Below, piece by piece: positions 10,905-23,469 of a DNA stretch of 64,000 nt (the stretch's first letter is position 1; each line of letters starts with the position of its first letter). Position numbers and translations under genes: made by a program. Origin of the DNA: Gammaproteobacteria bacterium (GTDB lineage: Bacteria > Pseudomonadota > Gammaproteobacteria > Ga0077554 > Ga007554); contig JADDKJ010000002.1 of the NCBI GenBank assembly GCA_033717875.1, positions 2,820 through 66,819 on the forward strand, read 5' to 3'. The notes beneath the pieces are model-generated. The model was not told where the DNA came from. It did not search any database and saw only the letters and a program-made list of their open reading frames with translations.

Positions 10905-10991
10905 TGATTTTTGCCTTTCTCCATTTCTCAATCACTTGCCGTGATTGAACAATGCCGGCACATCGGTAGGCCGAGGAATCCCTGAATTATT
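10905..10991. mobile_element. Repeat family A MITE, 5'-truncated copy spanning aspA-cupin convergent junction
   Basis: TGATTTTTGCCTTTCTCCATTTCTCAATCACTTGCCGTGATTGAACAATGCCGGCACATC...GGAATCCCTGAATTATTCAGAGGTTCC matches the internal and right-end portions of the 20726 copy. 10932-10991 are read as the last codons and stop of the cupin ORF. Confidence 0.75.
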
Positions 10992-11424
10992 CAGAGGTTC
11001 CTCGCCTTCTTTCACAGACAGCTTTTGACCAACAACACCCCCATAAAATACGATAATTTTTAATGGGCTTTGGCCAACATTGCGGCCATTGTGCAGAGCA
11101 TTCGTCACCTCCGCCAGAGCTTCACCGGCCGTAAATCGCTTTGCTTGACCTGTTTTGAGCTGAACCTCAAGCTCACCCTCAAGCACCATGCCAAATGAAG
11201 GCACCGGGTGTGAATGCCAGCCCGTTTCACCACCTGGGGCAATCTCTACGACCACGCCGGTAATTTCCGGTTTTCCTTCTGGATAAACGATCGGCTGACC
11301 ATCCCAACTCTTATCCGTTTTGAGAACCGTGGAGACTTTTACAGCGCTGGATAGCTCAATGGCATGGACCGAAAAAGACGACACCAAGCAGGAAACAACC
11401 GAAAACAAAATGCTTTTATATTTC
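10932..11424 (-). CDS. Secreted cupin-domain protein (C-terminus and stop codon derived from MITE repeat)
   Basis: ORF 10932..11492(-). Probable GTG start at about 11424 (GGGAGG RBS, 6-nt spacer) giving signal peptide KYKSILFSVVSCLVSSFSVHA. Cupin motif GETGWHSHPVPSFGMVLEGELEV. Last ~20 codons (NNSGIPRPTDVPALFNHGK*) are encoded by the repeat-A element at 10905-10991. Confidence 0.65.
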
Positions 11425-11488
11425 ACGCGAATTCCTCCCTTTATTCTCACGGTTTTTTTTAGTTTTTGCTCCAAAGCCCGCACGCCCA

Positions 11489-11518
11489 ACAAAAAAGGCG
11501 GAGAATCTCTTCTCCGCC
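11489..11518 (-). terminator. Rho-independent terminator after fba (bidirectional hairpin)
   Basis: Minus strand reads GGCGGAGAA-GAGA-TTCTCCGCC followed by TTTTTTGTT. Plus strand has the same stem followed by TTTGCGTTT. Lies between fba stop (11548) and the cupin gene. Confidence 0.75.
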
Positions 11519-11547
11519 TTTGCGTTTACTTCCTAACAAGTAAAGAC

Positions 11548-12612
11548 TTACTTGACCTGCGGGTCCAGCTCGCCCTTGGTGTAACGCTTGATCATCTGCT
11601 CCAGGGACACGGGCTTGATCTTGGAAGCGTTGCCGGCGGTGCCGAAGGCTTCGTAGCGGGCCTTGCAGATGTCCTTCATAGCCTTGGTGGAGGCTTTCAG
11701 GAATTTGCGCGGGTCGAATTCCTTCTTGTTTTCGGCCAGGAACTTGCGGACGGCGCCGGTGGAGGCCATGCGCAGGTCGGTGTCGATGTTCACCTTGCGC
11801 ACGCCGTGCTTGATGCCGTTGACGATCTCTTCGACCGGCACGCCATAGGTCTGGCCCATGTCACCGCCGTAGTTGTTGATGATTTCCAGCCATTCCTGCG
11901 GCACCGAGCTGGAGCCGTGCATCACCAGATGGGTGTTGGGGATGCGGGCGTGAATTTCCTTGATGCGGCCGATCGCCAGGATGTCGCCGGTGGGCGGACG
12001 GGTGAACTTGTACGCGCCGTGGCTGGTGCCGATGGCGATGGCCAGGGCGTCGACCTTGGTCGCCTTGACGAACTGGGCGGCTTCTTCGGGGTCGGTCAGC
12101 AACTGGGAATGATCCAGCGTGCCTTCGGCGCCCACGCCGTCTTCCTCGCCGGCCATACCGGTTTCCAGCGAGCCCAGGCAGCCCAGCTCGCCTTCCACGG
12201 ACACGCCGCAGGCGTGCGCCATGTCGACCACGCGGCGGGTCACATCGACGTTGTACTCATAAGTGGCCGGGGTTTTGGCGTCTTCCAGCAGCGAGCCGTC
12301 CATCATCACCGAGGTGAAGCCGCTCTGAATAGAGCGCATGCACACGCCGGGGGACGCGCCATGATCCTGGTGCACGACGATGGGAATGTGCGGATACATT
12401 TCCACGGCGGCATACATCAGGTGACGCAGGAAGGGTTCGCCGGCATAGGAACGGGCGCCCGCCGAAGCCTGCACGATCACCGGGCTGTCGGTTTCGTCCG
12501 CCGCCTGCATGATGGAGTGCATCTGCTCCAGGTTGTTGACGTTGAAAGCCGGCACGCCATAACCGCGCTCGGCGGCATGGTCCAGAAGCTGGCGCAGGGA
12601 TATCAGAGCCAT
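11548..12612 (-). CDS. fba: Fructose-1,6-bisphosphate aldolase, class II (Calvin-cycle/CbbA subtype)
   Basis: 354 aa. [35 protein letters not shown] zinc ligands, KVNIDTDLR. Length and sequence typical of the CbbA-type class II FBA of autotrophic beta/gamma-proteobacteria. Confidence 0.9.
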   Translation of the reverse strand: MALISLRQLLDHAAERGYGVPAFNVNNLEQMHSIMQAADETDSPVIVQASAGARSYAGEPFLRHLMYAAVEMYPHIPIVVHQDHGASPGVCMRSIQSGFTSVMMDGSLLEDAKTPATYEYNVDVTRRVVDMAHACGVSVEGELGCLGSLETGMAGEEDGVGAEGTLDHSQLLTDPEEAAQFVKATKVDALAIAIGTSHGAYKFTRPPTGDILAIGRIKEIHARIPNTHLVMHGSSSVPQEWLEIINNYGGDMGQTYGVPVEEIVNGIKHGVRKVNIDTDLRMASTGAVRKFLAENKKEFDPRKFLKASTKAMKDICKARYEAFGTAGNASKIKPVSLEQMIKRYTKGELDPQVK

Positions 12613-12752
12613 AGGATTCTCCTTTGAAGGTTATTGAAACAAAAAATCATTTGCGCGCGCCTGATTCAGGGAAGCTCTGACACATCAAAAGTTCGTCAGA
12701 AAGAGGGGCGCTCTTGTTATAGGGCCAATGATTCAACAGTTGAACCCATCCG

Positions 12753-14198
12753 TCAACCTTGCGGCGCGACCATATCGCCCACCCGCACGATCTTCATGGC
12801 GTTGGTGCCGCCATGCACACCCATCAGATCGCCCTTGGTGATGATGACCAGATCGCCATCGCGCACCGCGCCGCGGCGAACCAGCTCGTCGATGGCCTCC
12901 TTGTTGACGAGGACGTGATCCGTGGTGTTCACATCGAAACTCACCGGATAGACGCCGCGATAGAGGGTCACCTTGCGGCGTGTCGCCACATGGGGCGTCA
13001 GGGCATAGATCGGGATCGAGGAACTGATGCGCGACATCCACTGCGGGGTGGAGCCCGACTCGGTCAATGCCGCGATGGCCTTGACCCCGAGATGATTCGC
13101 CGTATACATCGACGCCATGGCGATGGCCTCGTCGATCCGGCCGAAGTGGGTGTTGATGCGGTGATCGGAAATGATGGCCAGGGGCTGTTTTTCCGCCTCC
13201 AGGCAGATCCGGCTCATCGCCGCCACCGCCTTCGCCGGATATTTGCCGCTAGCGGACTCCGCCGACAACATCACGGCATCCGTTCCGTCCAGCACGGCGT
13301 TCGCCACGTCAAACACCTCGGCGCGGGTCGGAATCGGATTCTCGATCATCGACTCCATCATCTGCGTGGCGGTGATAACCACCCGGTTCATGCTGCGGGC
13401 CAGTTTGATGATGCGTTTTTGCACGGCGGGCAATTCGGCATCGCCGATTTCCACGCCCAGATCACCGCGCGCCACCATCGCCGCATCGGAAGCGGCGATG
13501 ATTTCCTCCAGACATTCAAGCGCCTCGGCGCGTTCGATTTTCGCCACGATACCGCCATGGCCGCCCGCCGCGCGCAGCAAGTCGCGCGCCAGGTTAACGT
13601 CGGCGGCGCTGCGCGGAAAAGACACCGCGATATAATCAGCCTGAATCTCCGCCGCGACGATGATGTCGGCGCGGTCCTTGTCGGTGAGCGCCGCCGCCGA
13701 CAAGCCACCCCCCTGGCGGTTGATCCCCTTGTTGTTGGACAGCACGCCACCGACGGTCACCCGGCAGACGATCTGCTCGCCGGCAACCTCATCCACCCAC
13801 AGCACGATGCGGCCATCGTCGAGCAGCAGGGTATCGCCACGATTCACGTCATTGGGCAGCGCCTTGTAGGTGAGCCCCACCCGCTGCTGATCGCCGTCAT
13901 GCGTGCCGCAGCGCGCATCGAGAATGAACTTGTCGCCCTCGGCAAGGAGGATTTTTCCTTCCTTGAAGCGTTCGATCCTGATCTTGGGACCTTGCAGATC
14001 GGCCAACACACCCACTTGGCGGCCATAGGCCACGGCGCGATTGCGCACCGCCTCAGCACGCCGCTTGTGATCCTCCGGCGAGCCGTGAGAGAAATTGAGT
14101 CGCACCACATCGACACCGGCCTCGATGACGCCATCGAGGACTTTCGAATCGTCCGTGGCCGGGCCAAGTGTTGCGACAATTTTGGTTCGTCTTAGCAA
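12753..14198 (-). CDS. pyk: Pyruvate kinase
   Basis: 481 aa. [40 protein letters not shown] signatures. Confidence 0.92.
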   Translation of the reverse strand: MLRRTKIVATLGPATDDSKVLDGVIEAGVDVVRLNFSHGSPEDHKRRAEAVRNRAVAYGRQVGVLADLQGPKIRIERFKEGKILLAEGDKFILDARCGTHDGDQQRVGLTYKALPNDVNRGDTLLLDDGRIVLWVDEVAGEQIVCRVTVGGVLSNNKGINRQGGGLSAAALTDKDRADIIVAAEIQADYIAVSFPRSAADVNLARDLLRAAGGHGGIVAKIERAEALECLEEIIAASDAAMVARGDLGVEIGDAELPAVQKRIIKLARSMNRVVITATQMMESMIENPIPTRAEVFDVANAVLDGTDAVMLSAESASGKYPAKAVAAMSRICLEAEKQPLAIISDHRINTHFGRIDEAIAMASMYTANHLGVKAIAALTESGSTPQWMSRISSSIPIYALTPHVATRRKVTLYRGVYPVSFDVNTTDHVLVNKEAIDELVRRGAVRDGDLVIITKGDLMGVHGGTNAMKIVRVGDMVAPQG

Positions 14199-14277
14199 AT
14201 GTATAACTCCAGAAACCGAGACAAGGACACGAAGGCGCGCGGAAAACCGGGATCCTGGCTGTTTGCGTTAATCAAGA

Positions 14278-15456
14278 TCACTTCACCGCGCGCTCTTCCA
14301 GAATCACCACCGCCGGCAATTTCTTGCCTTCCAGGAATTCCAGGAACGCACCGCCGCCGGTGGAGATATAGGAGATCTTGTCGGCGATATTGTATTTGGC
14401 GATCGCCGCCAGGGTATCACCGCCACCGGCGATCGAGAACGCCGGGCTTTCGGCGATGGCCAGCGCCAATTGTTTGGTGCCTTCGCCGAACTGGTCGAAT
14501 TCGAATACGCCGACCGGACCGTTCCAGACGATGGTACCGGCCTTCTTCAGGATCTCGGCAAAGGCGGCGGAGGTCTGCGGACCGATGTCGAAGATCATGT
14601 CGTCATCGGCGACCGCATCGATCTTCTTCAACGTCGCGGCGGCGCTTTCCGAGAACTCCTTGCCCACCACGACATCGGTCGGCACGGGGATGGCGGCGTT
14701 ACGCGCCTTGGCCTGTTCGGTGAGGCGCTGCGCCTCGGCGATCAGATCCTTCTCGTACAAGGATTTGCCGACGTTGTGGCCGGCCGCGGCGATGAAGGTG
14801 TTGGCGATACCGCCACCGACGATCATCTGGTCGACCACATTGGACAAGGACTCCAGCACGGTGAGCTTGGTGGAAACCTTGGAACCGCCGACGATGGCCA
14901 CCAGCGGACGCTTGGGATTCTTCAGCGCCATGGCCAGCGCCTCCAGTTCGGCGGCCAGCAGCGGACCGGCGCAGGCGACCGGGGCGAACTTGGCGACACC
15001 ATGCGTGGAGCCTTCCGCGCGGTGGGCGGTGCCGAAGGCGTCCATCACGAACACATCGCACAGCGCCGCGTATTTCCGGGCCAGCTCGTCGCTGTTCTTC
15101 TTCTCGCCCTTGTTGAAGCGCACGTTCTCGAATACCACCACTTCGCCAGGAGCGACATCGACGCCGCCCAGGTAGTCCTTGACCACTTCCACCGGCTTGC
15201 CCAGCAGGCTCGACAGGTGTTCGGCGACGGGTTTCATGGAATTCTCATCGCTGTAAACGCCTTCTTCGGGACGGCCCAGATGCGACATCACCATCACCCT
15301 GGCGCCAGCCTTCATCGCCCGCTCGATGGTCGGCAGCGACGCACGGATGCGGGTATCATCGGCCACCTTGCCATTCTTGAGCGGCACGTTGAGGTCTTCG
15401 CGGATCAGCACGCGCTTGCCGGCAAGATCGAGGTCGGTCATTTTGATTACGGACAT
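14278..15456 (-). CDS. pgk: Phosphoglycerate kinase
   Basis: 392 aa. [29 protein letters not shown] motifs. Confidence 0.92.
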   Translation of the reverse strand: MSVIKMTDLDLAGKRVLIREDLNVPLKNGKVADDTRIRASLPTIERAMKAGARVMVMSHLGRPEEGVYSDENSMKPVAEHLSSLLGKPVEVVKDYLGGVDVAPGEVVVFENVRFNKGEKKNSDELARKYAALCDVFVMDAFGTAHRAEGSTHGVAKFAPVACAGPLLAAELEALAMALKNPKRPLVAIVGGSKVSTKLTVLESLSNVVDQMIVGGGIANTFIAAAGHNVGKSLYEKDLIAEAQRLTEQAKARNAAIPVPTDVVVGKEFSESAAATLKKIDAVADDDMIFDIGPQTSAAFAEILKKAGTIVWNGPVGVFEFDQFGEGTKQLALAIAESPAFSIAGGGDTLAAIAKYNIADKISYISTGGGAFLEFLEGKKLPAVVILEERAVK

Positions 15457-15526
15457 GGGTGTACTCCTGGCTGAATTTAAAAGTCATCAGCGAAGGCGGG
15501 CGCCTTGGCTGATGGCTCTTTGATAA

Positions 15527-15553
15527 GGAAGCTCTGAATAATTCAGAGGTTCC
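15527..15553. repeat. Solo family A terminal hairpin (27-nt perfect palindrome GGAAGCTCTGAATAATTCAGAGGTTCC) in pgk-gap spacer
   Basis: Identical to MITE termini. A degenerate version (GGGAAGCTCTGACACATCAAAAGTTC) occurs at 12669-12694 in the pyk-fba spacer. Confidence 0.7.
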
Positions 15554-15607
15554 TTAAGCAAAAAACAGGGCGGGTTAGGCAAAATACGCCAACCCGCCCG
15601 ACATTTT

Positions 15608-16666
<1,059 letters not shown>

Positions 16667-16743
16667 TCACGCGGCCAACCCAGGCCGATAATTCTTGATT
16701 TCAGAACGCAGGGCACGCCCTGCACACCCTGCGTTCCTGATGG

Positions 16744-18741
16744 TCAGAGAACGCTCTGGACGGCCTTGACGACATTGTCCACGGTGAAGCCGAACTCCTT
16801 GAACAAATCGCCCGCCGGGGCCGATTCGCCGAAGGTGTCGATACCGACCACCGCGCCTTCCAGGCCGACATATTTGCGCCAGCCGTCGGTCACACCGGCC
16901 TCGACGGCGACACGCACCACGCCCTTGGGCAGCACGCTGTCCTTGTAGGCCTGATCCTGGCGGTCGAACACGTTGGTGGACGGCATAGAAACGACGCGCA
17001 CCGGCACACCCGCCGAAGCCAGCGCCTTCTGCGCATCCATGGCGAGCTGGACTTCCGAGCCGGTGGCGATGATCACGGCCTTGGGCTTGCCGCCCGCCGC
17101 TTCGGACAGAACATAACCGCCCTTGGCGATATTGGCAATGGTAGCCGCGTCGCGCTTCTGGAAGGCCAGATTCTGGCGGCTGAAGATCAGACTGCTCGGC
17201 CCCTTGGCGCGCTCGATGGCGGCGATCCAGGACACGGCGGATTCGACGGTATCGCACGGGCGCCACACATCCATATTCGGAATCAGGCGCAGCGTGGCGG
17301 TTTGTTCGACGGGCTGGTGGGTCGGGCCATCTTCGCCCAGGCCGATGGAGTCGTGGGTGAAGACGAAAATCGAGCGGATCTTCATCAGCGCCGCCATGCG
17401 CACGGCGTTGCGGGCATACTCGGAGAACATGAGGAAGGTCGCGCCGTAAGGAATCAGGCCGCCGTGCAGGGTAAGGCCGTTCATGATGGCGGCCATGCCG
17501 AACTCGCGCACGCCGTAATAGATGTAGTTGCCGCCACTCTCTTTGGACACGCCGCGCGAACCGGACCACAAGGTCAGGTTGGAGCTGGCCAGGTCCGCCG
17601 AACCGCCGATCAACTCGGGCAGGGCCGGAGCCAGACCTTCGATGCTGTTCTGCGAAGCCTTGCGGGTAGCAATGGTCTCGCCCTTGTCGTTCACTTTCGC
17701 CAGGAAGGCGGCGGCATGCGCCTGCCAATTGGCGGGCAGCTCACCGCTCATGCGGCGCTTGAACTCAGCGGCCTCGGCGGGATAAGCCTTGGCGTATTCG
17801 GCGAATTTGTTCTCCCACAACTTCTCCACGCCCTCGCCCTTCACCTTGGCGTCCCAGCCGTCATACACCTCTTGCGGGATCTCGAAGGGAGGATAATTCC
17901 AGCCGATATTGGCACGGGTGGCGGCCACTTCGGCATCGCCCAGCGCGGCACCGTGGCAGTCGTGGCTGCCGGCCTTGTTGGGCGAACCCTTGCCGATGAT
18001 GGTCTTGCAGCAGATCAGGGTCGGCATGCCGGTGTTGGCCTTGGCCTGCTGGATCGCGGCATCGACCGCCGCGAAATCGTGGCCGTCGACATTCGGGATC
18101 ACATGCCAGCCATAAGCCTCGAAACGCTTCGGGGTGTTGTCGGTGAACCAGCCCTCGACGTGACCGTCGATGGAGATGCCATTGTCGTCATAGAAGGCGA
18201 TCAGCTTGCCCAGCCCCAGCGTGCCGGCCAGCGAACAAGCCTCATGGGAAATGCCTTCCATCAGGCAGCCGTCGCCAAGGAAGACATAGGTATGGTGATT
18301 GACGATTTCGTGGCCGGGCTTGTTGAATTCGGCGGCCAGCACCTTTTCGGCGATCGCCATGCCCACCGCATTGGTGATGCCCTGCCCCAGCGGGCCGGTG
18401 GTGGTTTCGATACCGGGCGCATAGCCGTATTCAGGATGGCCGGGCGTTTTGGAGTGCAACTGACGGAAGCGCTTGATCTCTTCCATCGGCAGATCATAGC
18501 CGGTCAGGTGCAACAGCGCGTATTGCAGCATGGAACCGTGGCCGTTGGAGAGGACGAAACGGTCGCGATCGGCCCACTTGGGGTTGGCCGGATTGTGCCG
18601 CAGATGATTATTCCACAAGACTTCCGCAATTTCCGCCATGCCCATGGGCGCACCGGGATGCCCTGAGTTGGCCTTTTGGACGGCATCCATCGCAAGCGCG
18701 CGGATGGCATTGGCTAAATCTTTACGGGAAGCAGCAGACAT
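16744..18741 (-). CDS. tkt: Transketolase
   Basis: 665 aa. N-terminal [37 protein letters not shown]-binding [13 protein letters not shown] motif. Heads the tkt-gap-pgk-pyk-fba cluster. Confidence 0.92.
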   Translation of the reverse strand: MSAASRKDLANAIRALAMDAVQKANSGHPGAPMGMAEIAEVLWNNHLRHNPANPKWADRDRFVLSNGHGSMLQYALLHLTGYDLPMEEIKRFRQLHSKTPGHPEYGYAPGIETTTGPLGQGITNAVGMAIAEKVLAAEFNKPGHEIVNHHTYVFLGDGCLMEGISHEACSLAGTLGLGKLIAFYDDNGISIDGHVEGWFTDNTPKRFEAYGWHVIPNVDGHDFAAVDAAIQQAKANTGMPTLICCKTIIGKGSPNKAGSHDCHGAALGDAEVAATRANIGWNYPPFEIPQEVYDGWDAKVKGEGVEKLWENKFAEYAKAYPAEAAEFKRRMSGELPANWQAHAAAFLAKVNDKGETIATRKASQNSIEGLAPALPELIGGSADLASSNLTLWSGSRGVSKESGGNYIYYGVREFGMAAIMNGLTLHGGLIPYGATFLMFSEYARNAVRMAALMKIRSIFVFTHDSIGLGEDGPTHQPVEQTATLRLIPNMDVWRPCDTVESAVSWIAAIERAKGPSSLIFSRQNLAFQKRDAATIANIAKGGYVLSEAAGGKPKAVIIATGSEVQLAMDAQKALASAGVPVRVVSMPSTNVFDRQDQAYKDSVLPKGVVRVAVEAGVTDGWRKYVGLEGAVVGIDTFGESAPAGDLFKEFGFTVDNVVKAVQSVL

Positions 18742-18873
18742 TTATCTTTATCCTCTGAAGGTTCTGAAAACTATCACATCACAGTCGAAATCAACCCGGG
18801 CTTTCGGGGGCGGAAAAGCTGCTATTTTCCCTTAGATCGGGCTGATCGGCAATACTAACGCCGGAAAAAGCGC

Positions 18874-19431
18874 TTATGCGGCGTCTTTCCACTTGATCGA
18901 ACACCCCATGCTGGGAATCTGCTCGCGCGGACCCTGGCCCGTCAGCGCCACCTCCCTCATGGCCTCGAACAAATCGCGCCGCGCATCGGCCACGGCTTCT
19001 TTGCGGCTGGCATCGAGACGACCGCGGTACTGGAGTTGCAGGTCGGCGTTGTAGCCGAAGAAATCCGGGGTGCAGACCGCGCCGTAAGCCTTGGCGATTT
19101 CCTGGGTCTCGTCCAGCAGATAGGGGAAGGGGAAATTGTATTCGCGCGCGATTTTCCGCATGTTGTCGAAGGAGTCTTCGGGGTAATCGCTGGGATCGTT
19201 GGACATGATGGCGACGCTGTTGACGCCGTAATCGCGCAACTCTTTCGTGTCGCGCACGACGCGGTCGATCACCGCCTTGACATAAGGGCAGTGGTTACAA
19301 ATGAACATCACCAGTAAACCCTTCTCGCCCCTGCACTGATCGAGGGTCCAGACTTTGCCGTCGACGCCGGGCAGGGCAAAATCGACAGCGGGTTTACCGA
19401 ATTCGCAAATCGGGGTTTCCGTACGCACCAT
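18874..19431 (-). CDS. Thioredoxin-fold thiol-disulfide oxidoreductase (AhpC/TSA-like family)
   Basis: 185 aa with ICNHCPYVK CxxC-type motif in a thioredoxin-like context. Divergent from metK. Confidence 0.65.
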   Translation of the reverse strand: MVRTETPICEFGKPAVDFALPGVDGKVWTLDQCRGEKGLLVMFICNHCPYVKAVIDRVVRDTKELRDYGVNSVAIMSNDPSDYPEDSFDNMRKIAREYNFPFPYLLDETQEIAKAYGAVCTPDFFGYNADLQLQYRGRLDASRKEAVADARRDLFEAMREVALTGQGPREQIPSMGCSIKWKDAA

Positions 19432-19555
19432 TTGTGTTTCCTCTCTGATTTCGTGGATAATTGGGGGTTTTTACAGTGGAATAATTGGAATACGCCAAGC
19501 TTCGGGCTACACTATGGCGATATTTTAGCGTCACTTGCAGAGGAAATGGGCACAC

Positions 19556-20719
19556 ATGTCGAAAAATAACTATTTATTTACCTCCGAATCGGTCTCCGAA
19601 GGCCATCCTGACAAAATCGCCGACCAGGTGTCGGATGCGATTCTGGACGCCATCCTCAGCCAGGACAGAACCGCGCGCGTGGCCTGCGAGACGCTGGTGA
19701 AGACCGGCATGGTGATGATCGCAGGGGAAATCACCACCTCGGCCTGGGTGGACATGGAAAGCGTGGTGCGCCAGACCGTCAAGAATATCGGCTACGACAA
19801 GCCCGAGATGGGTTTTGACTGGGAATCCTGCGCCGTGTTGACCGCCATCGGCAAGCAGTCCGTGGACATCGCGGTGGGCGTGGACGAAACGGCCGAGCAT
19901 GAGCAGGGTGCCGGCGACCAGGGCCTGATGTTCGGCTACGCCACCAACGAAACCGACGTGCTGATGCCCGCCCCCATCACCTACGCCCACCGACTGGTGC
20001 AACGGCAGGCGCAGATGCGTAAAAGCGGCGTGCTGCACTGGCTGCGCCCGGACGCCAAGAGCCAGGTCACCTTCCGCTACGAGAACAACAAGCCGGTCGG
20101 CATCGACGCCGTGGTGCTGTCCACTCAGCATTCGCCGGACATCAAGCACAGCGACCTCACAGAGGCCGTAATGGAAGAGATCATCAAGCCGGTGCTGCCC
20201 GCCGAATGGCTGGACAAGAACACCCGCTACTATATCAACCCGACCGGGCGTTTCGTCATCGGCGGGCCGGTCGGCGACTGCGGCCTGACCGGGCGCAAGA
20301 TCATCGTCGACAGCTACGGCGGCATGGGACGTCATGGCGGCGGCTGTTTCTCCGGCAAGGACCCCTCCAAGGTCGACCGCTCCGCGGCTTATGCCGCGCG
20401 CTACGTGGCCAAGAACATCGTCGCCGCCGGCCTGGCCGAGCGCTGCGAGATCCAGGTGTCCTACGCCATCGGCGTCGCCGAACCGACCTCGATCACCGTC
20501 GACACCTTCGGCACCGGCAAGATCGCTGACGAGCAGATCACCACGCTGGTGCGCGAGCATTTCGACCTGCGCCCCAAGGGTCTCATCAAGATGCTCGATC
20601 TGCTGCGGCCGATCTACACCAAAACGGCGGCCTACGGCCATTTCGGCCGCACCGAGGCTGAACTGACCTGGGAGCGCACTGATAAAGCCGAGGCGCTACG
20701 CAAGGCGGCGGGGATCTGA
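19556..20719 (+). CDS. metK: S-adenosylmethionine synthetase
   Basis: ORF 19535..20719. Start [34 protein letters not shown] at 19556. [19 protein letters not shown] signature. Confidence 0.95.
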   Translation: MSKNNYLFTSESVSEGHPDKIADQVSDAILDAILSQDRTARVACETLVKTGMVMIAGEITTSAWVDMESVVRQTVKNIGYDKPEMGFDWESCAVLTAIGKQSVDIAVGVDETAEHEQGAGDQGLMFGYATNETDVLMPAPITYAHRLVQRQAQMRKSGVLHWLRPDAKSQVTFRYENNKPVGIDAVVLSTQHSPDIKHSDLTEAVMEEIIKPVLPAEWLDKNTRYYINPTGRFVIGGPVGDCGLTGRKIIVDSYGGMGRHGGGCFSGKDPSKVDRSAAYAARYVAKNIVAAGLAERCEIQVSYAIGVAEPTSITVDTFGTGKIADEQITTLVREHFDLRPKGLIKMLDLLRPIYTKTAAYGHFGRTEAELTWERTDKAEALRKAAGI

Positions 20720-20725
20720 TATTTA

Positions 20726-20875
20726 GGAAGCTCTGAATAATTCCATCCTGGAATTCTCAGAGCACGAAAAGCAAAAATGTGATTTTCGCTTTTCTTCATT
20801 TTTCAATCACTGGCCGTGATTGAAAAATGCCGGCACATCCTTGTGCCATGAAACCTCTGACACATCAGAGGTTCC
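20726..20875. mobile_element. Repeat family A: about 150-bp Correia-like MITE with hairpin termini GGAAGCTCTGAATAATTCC...GAAACCTCTGACACATCAGAGGTTCC (full copy, metK-ahcY spacer)
   Basis: Same element occurs reverse-complemented at 34898-35048 (about 93% identical), flanked by TTTA on both sides in both copies (possible target duplication). Internal palindrome TTCAATCAC-TGGCC-GTGATTGAA. Confidence 0.8.
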
Positions 20876-20911
20876 TTTACACGCCGCCGCGAGGTGCGAC
20901 GGCGCGGTTCT

Positions 20912-20990
20912 TTCTTCGAGGAGCGTTGCAACAGGGCTTTACCCTGCCAGGCTCGAAGAAAACATTCCACTTGCAACAACGGCGCTCGTT
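20912..20990 (+). promoter_or_regulatory. SAH riboswitch (S-adenosylhomocysteine-responsive) in the ahcY 5' leader
   Basis: TTCTTCGAGGAGCGTTGCAACAGGGCTTTACCCTGCCAGGCTCGAAGAA...CAACGGCGCTCG. P1 CTTCGAG/CTCGAAG, conserved GAGGAGCGYUGCAAC and AGGCUCG segments, and GAGCG/CGCUC pseudoknot partner AACGGCGCUC just upstream of the ahcY RBS. Matches the SAH-riboswitch consensus as recalled from the literature; RF01057 is the Rfam model I believe corresponds to it, and a Rfam search is needed to confirm. Confidence 0.75.
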
Positions 20991-21010
20991 CATCCATGGA
21001 GAATATGCCA

Positions 21011-22426
<1,416 letters not shown>

Positions 22427-22430
22427 ATGT

Positions 22431-22540
22431 AAAATGTAGGGCGGGTTAGCGTAGCGTAACCCGCCATGCCGCGCCGCAAGGCGCACCTTAAGGAATCGTT
22501 ACGCGACGGTTGGCGGGTTTAGCCCGCCCTACATTTTTTG
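22431..22540. repeat. Repeat family B (AAATGTAGGGCGGGTTA...TAACCCGCC REP-like element), complete palindromic copy in ahcY-metF spacer
   Basis: AAAATGTAGGGCGGGTTAGCGTAGCGTAACCCGCC...GGCGGGTTTAGCCCGCCCTACATTTTTT. Nested hairpins with an outer inverted repeat. Related copies at 1895-1990 (rbfA-infB spacer) and 30262-30378 (after epmB), sharing AAATGTAGGG(A/C)GGGT(T)A and CAAGCGTGCG(C/A)AGCACACAA. Confidence 0.65.
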
Positions 22541-22550
22541 CTGGACTATC

Positions 22551-23408
22551 ATGAACTCCCAAAAAAAATACCCCCGCACTTACAGCTTCGAGTTCTTCCC
22601 GCCCAAGACCGCCGAGGGTGCGGCCAAGCTGCGCGTGGTGCGCGACACGCTGGCGCAGCTCAAGCCGCTGTATTTCTCGGTCACCTTCGGCGCAGGCGGC
22701 AGCACGCGCGATCATACCTTCGACGCCGTGGTCGAAATCCAGCGCGACACCGGCATCGACGCCGCACCGCATCTTTCCTGCATCGCCTCCAGCCGCGACA
22801 GCATTCGCGCCCTGCTCCAGGCCTATATCGCCAACGGCATCCACCGCATCGTGGCCTTGCGCGGCGACATGCCTTCGGGGATGCGCGATATCGGCGAATT
22901 CCGCCATGCCAACGAACTGGTCGCCTTCATCCGCGAAGAAACCGGTGATCACTTTCACATCGAAGTCGCCGCCTACCCCGAGTTTCATCCCCAGGCGCCG
23001 TCCGCGCAGGCCGACCTGCTCAACTTCAAGCGCAAGGTCGAGGCCGGCGCCAGCGGCGCCCTGACGCAATACTTCTACAATGCGGACGCCTATTTCCGCT
23101 TCGTCGAGGCTTGCGAAAAGCTCGGCCTCGATCTGCCCATCGTACCCGGCATCATGCCCATCACCAACCATACCCAGCTCGCCCGCTTCTCCGACATGTG
23201 CGGCGCCGAGATTCCGCGCTGGCTGCGCAAGCGCCTGGAGGACTTCGGTGATGATATGGAGTCGTTGCGCGCCTTCGGCCTGGACGTCACCGCCGAACTG
23301 TGCCGCAAACTGCTCGACGGCGGCGCGCCGGGGCTGCATTTCTACACCATGAACCAGGCGGGGGCGACGATGGCGGTTTGGGAGGGTTTGGGATTGGGTA
23401 AACCATAA
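22551..23408 (+). CDS. metF: 5,10-methylenetetrahydrofolate reductase
   Basis: 285 aa. YSFEFFPPKTAEGAAKL, SVTFGAGGSTRD, HLSCIASSRDSI motifs of MetF. Completes the metK-ahcY-metF activated methyl cycle cluster. Confidence 0.9.
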   Translation: MNSQKKYPRTYSFEFFPPKTAEGAAKLRVVRDTLAQLKPLYFSVTFGAGGSTRDHTFDAVVEIQRDTGIDAAPHLSCIASSRDSIRALLQAYIANGIHRIVALRGDMPSGMRDIGEFRHANELVAFIREETGDHFHIEVAAYPEFHPQAPSAQADLLNFKRKVEAGASGALTQYFYNADAYFRFVEACEKLGLDLPIVPGIMPITNHTQLARFSDMCGAEIPRWLRKRLEDFGDDMESLRAFGLDVTAELCRKLLDGGAPGLHFYTMNQAGATMAVWEGLGLGKP

Positions 23409-23469
23409 ATTCGTCCGAGAGCATGAGCACCTCCAGGAAATTCGCCGCCTCTATGAACGAGGTATAACG

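Noticed and set aside
9869-10931. 281-aa plus and 254-aa minus ORFs overlapping aspA
   Set aside because: Alternative-frame and antisense shadows of aspartase. Arg/His-rich low-complexity translations.
12759-14195. 478-aa plus-strand ORF antisense to pyk
   Set aside because: Perfectly co-extensive with pyruvate kinase on the other strand. An antisense artefact of high GC with no stop codons.
19432-19555. Possible SAM riboswitch in the metK leader
   Set aside because: Only 124 nt, and no SAM-I/SAM-II conserved helices or pseudoknot sequence could be recognised. Betaproteobacterial metK generally lacks a riboswitch. More likely a plain promoter region.
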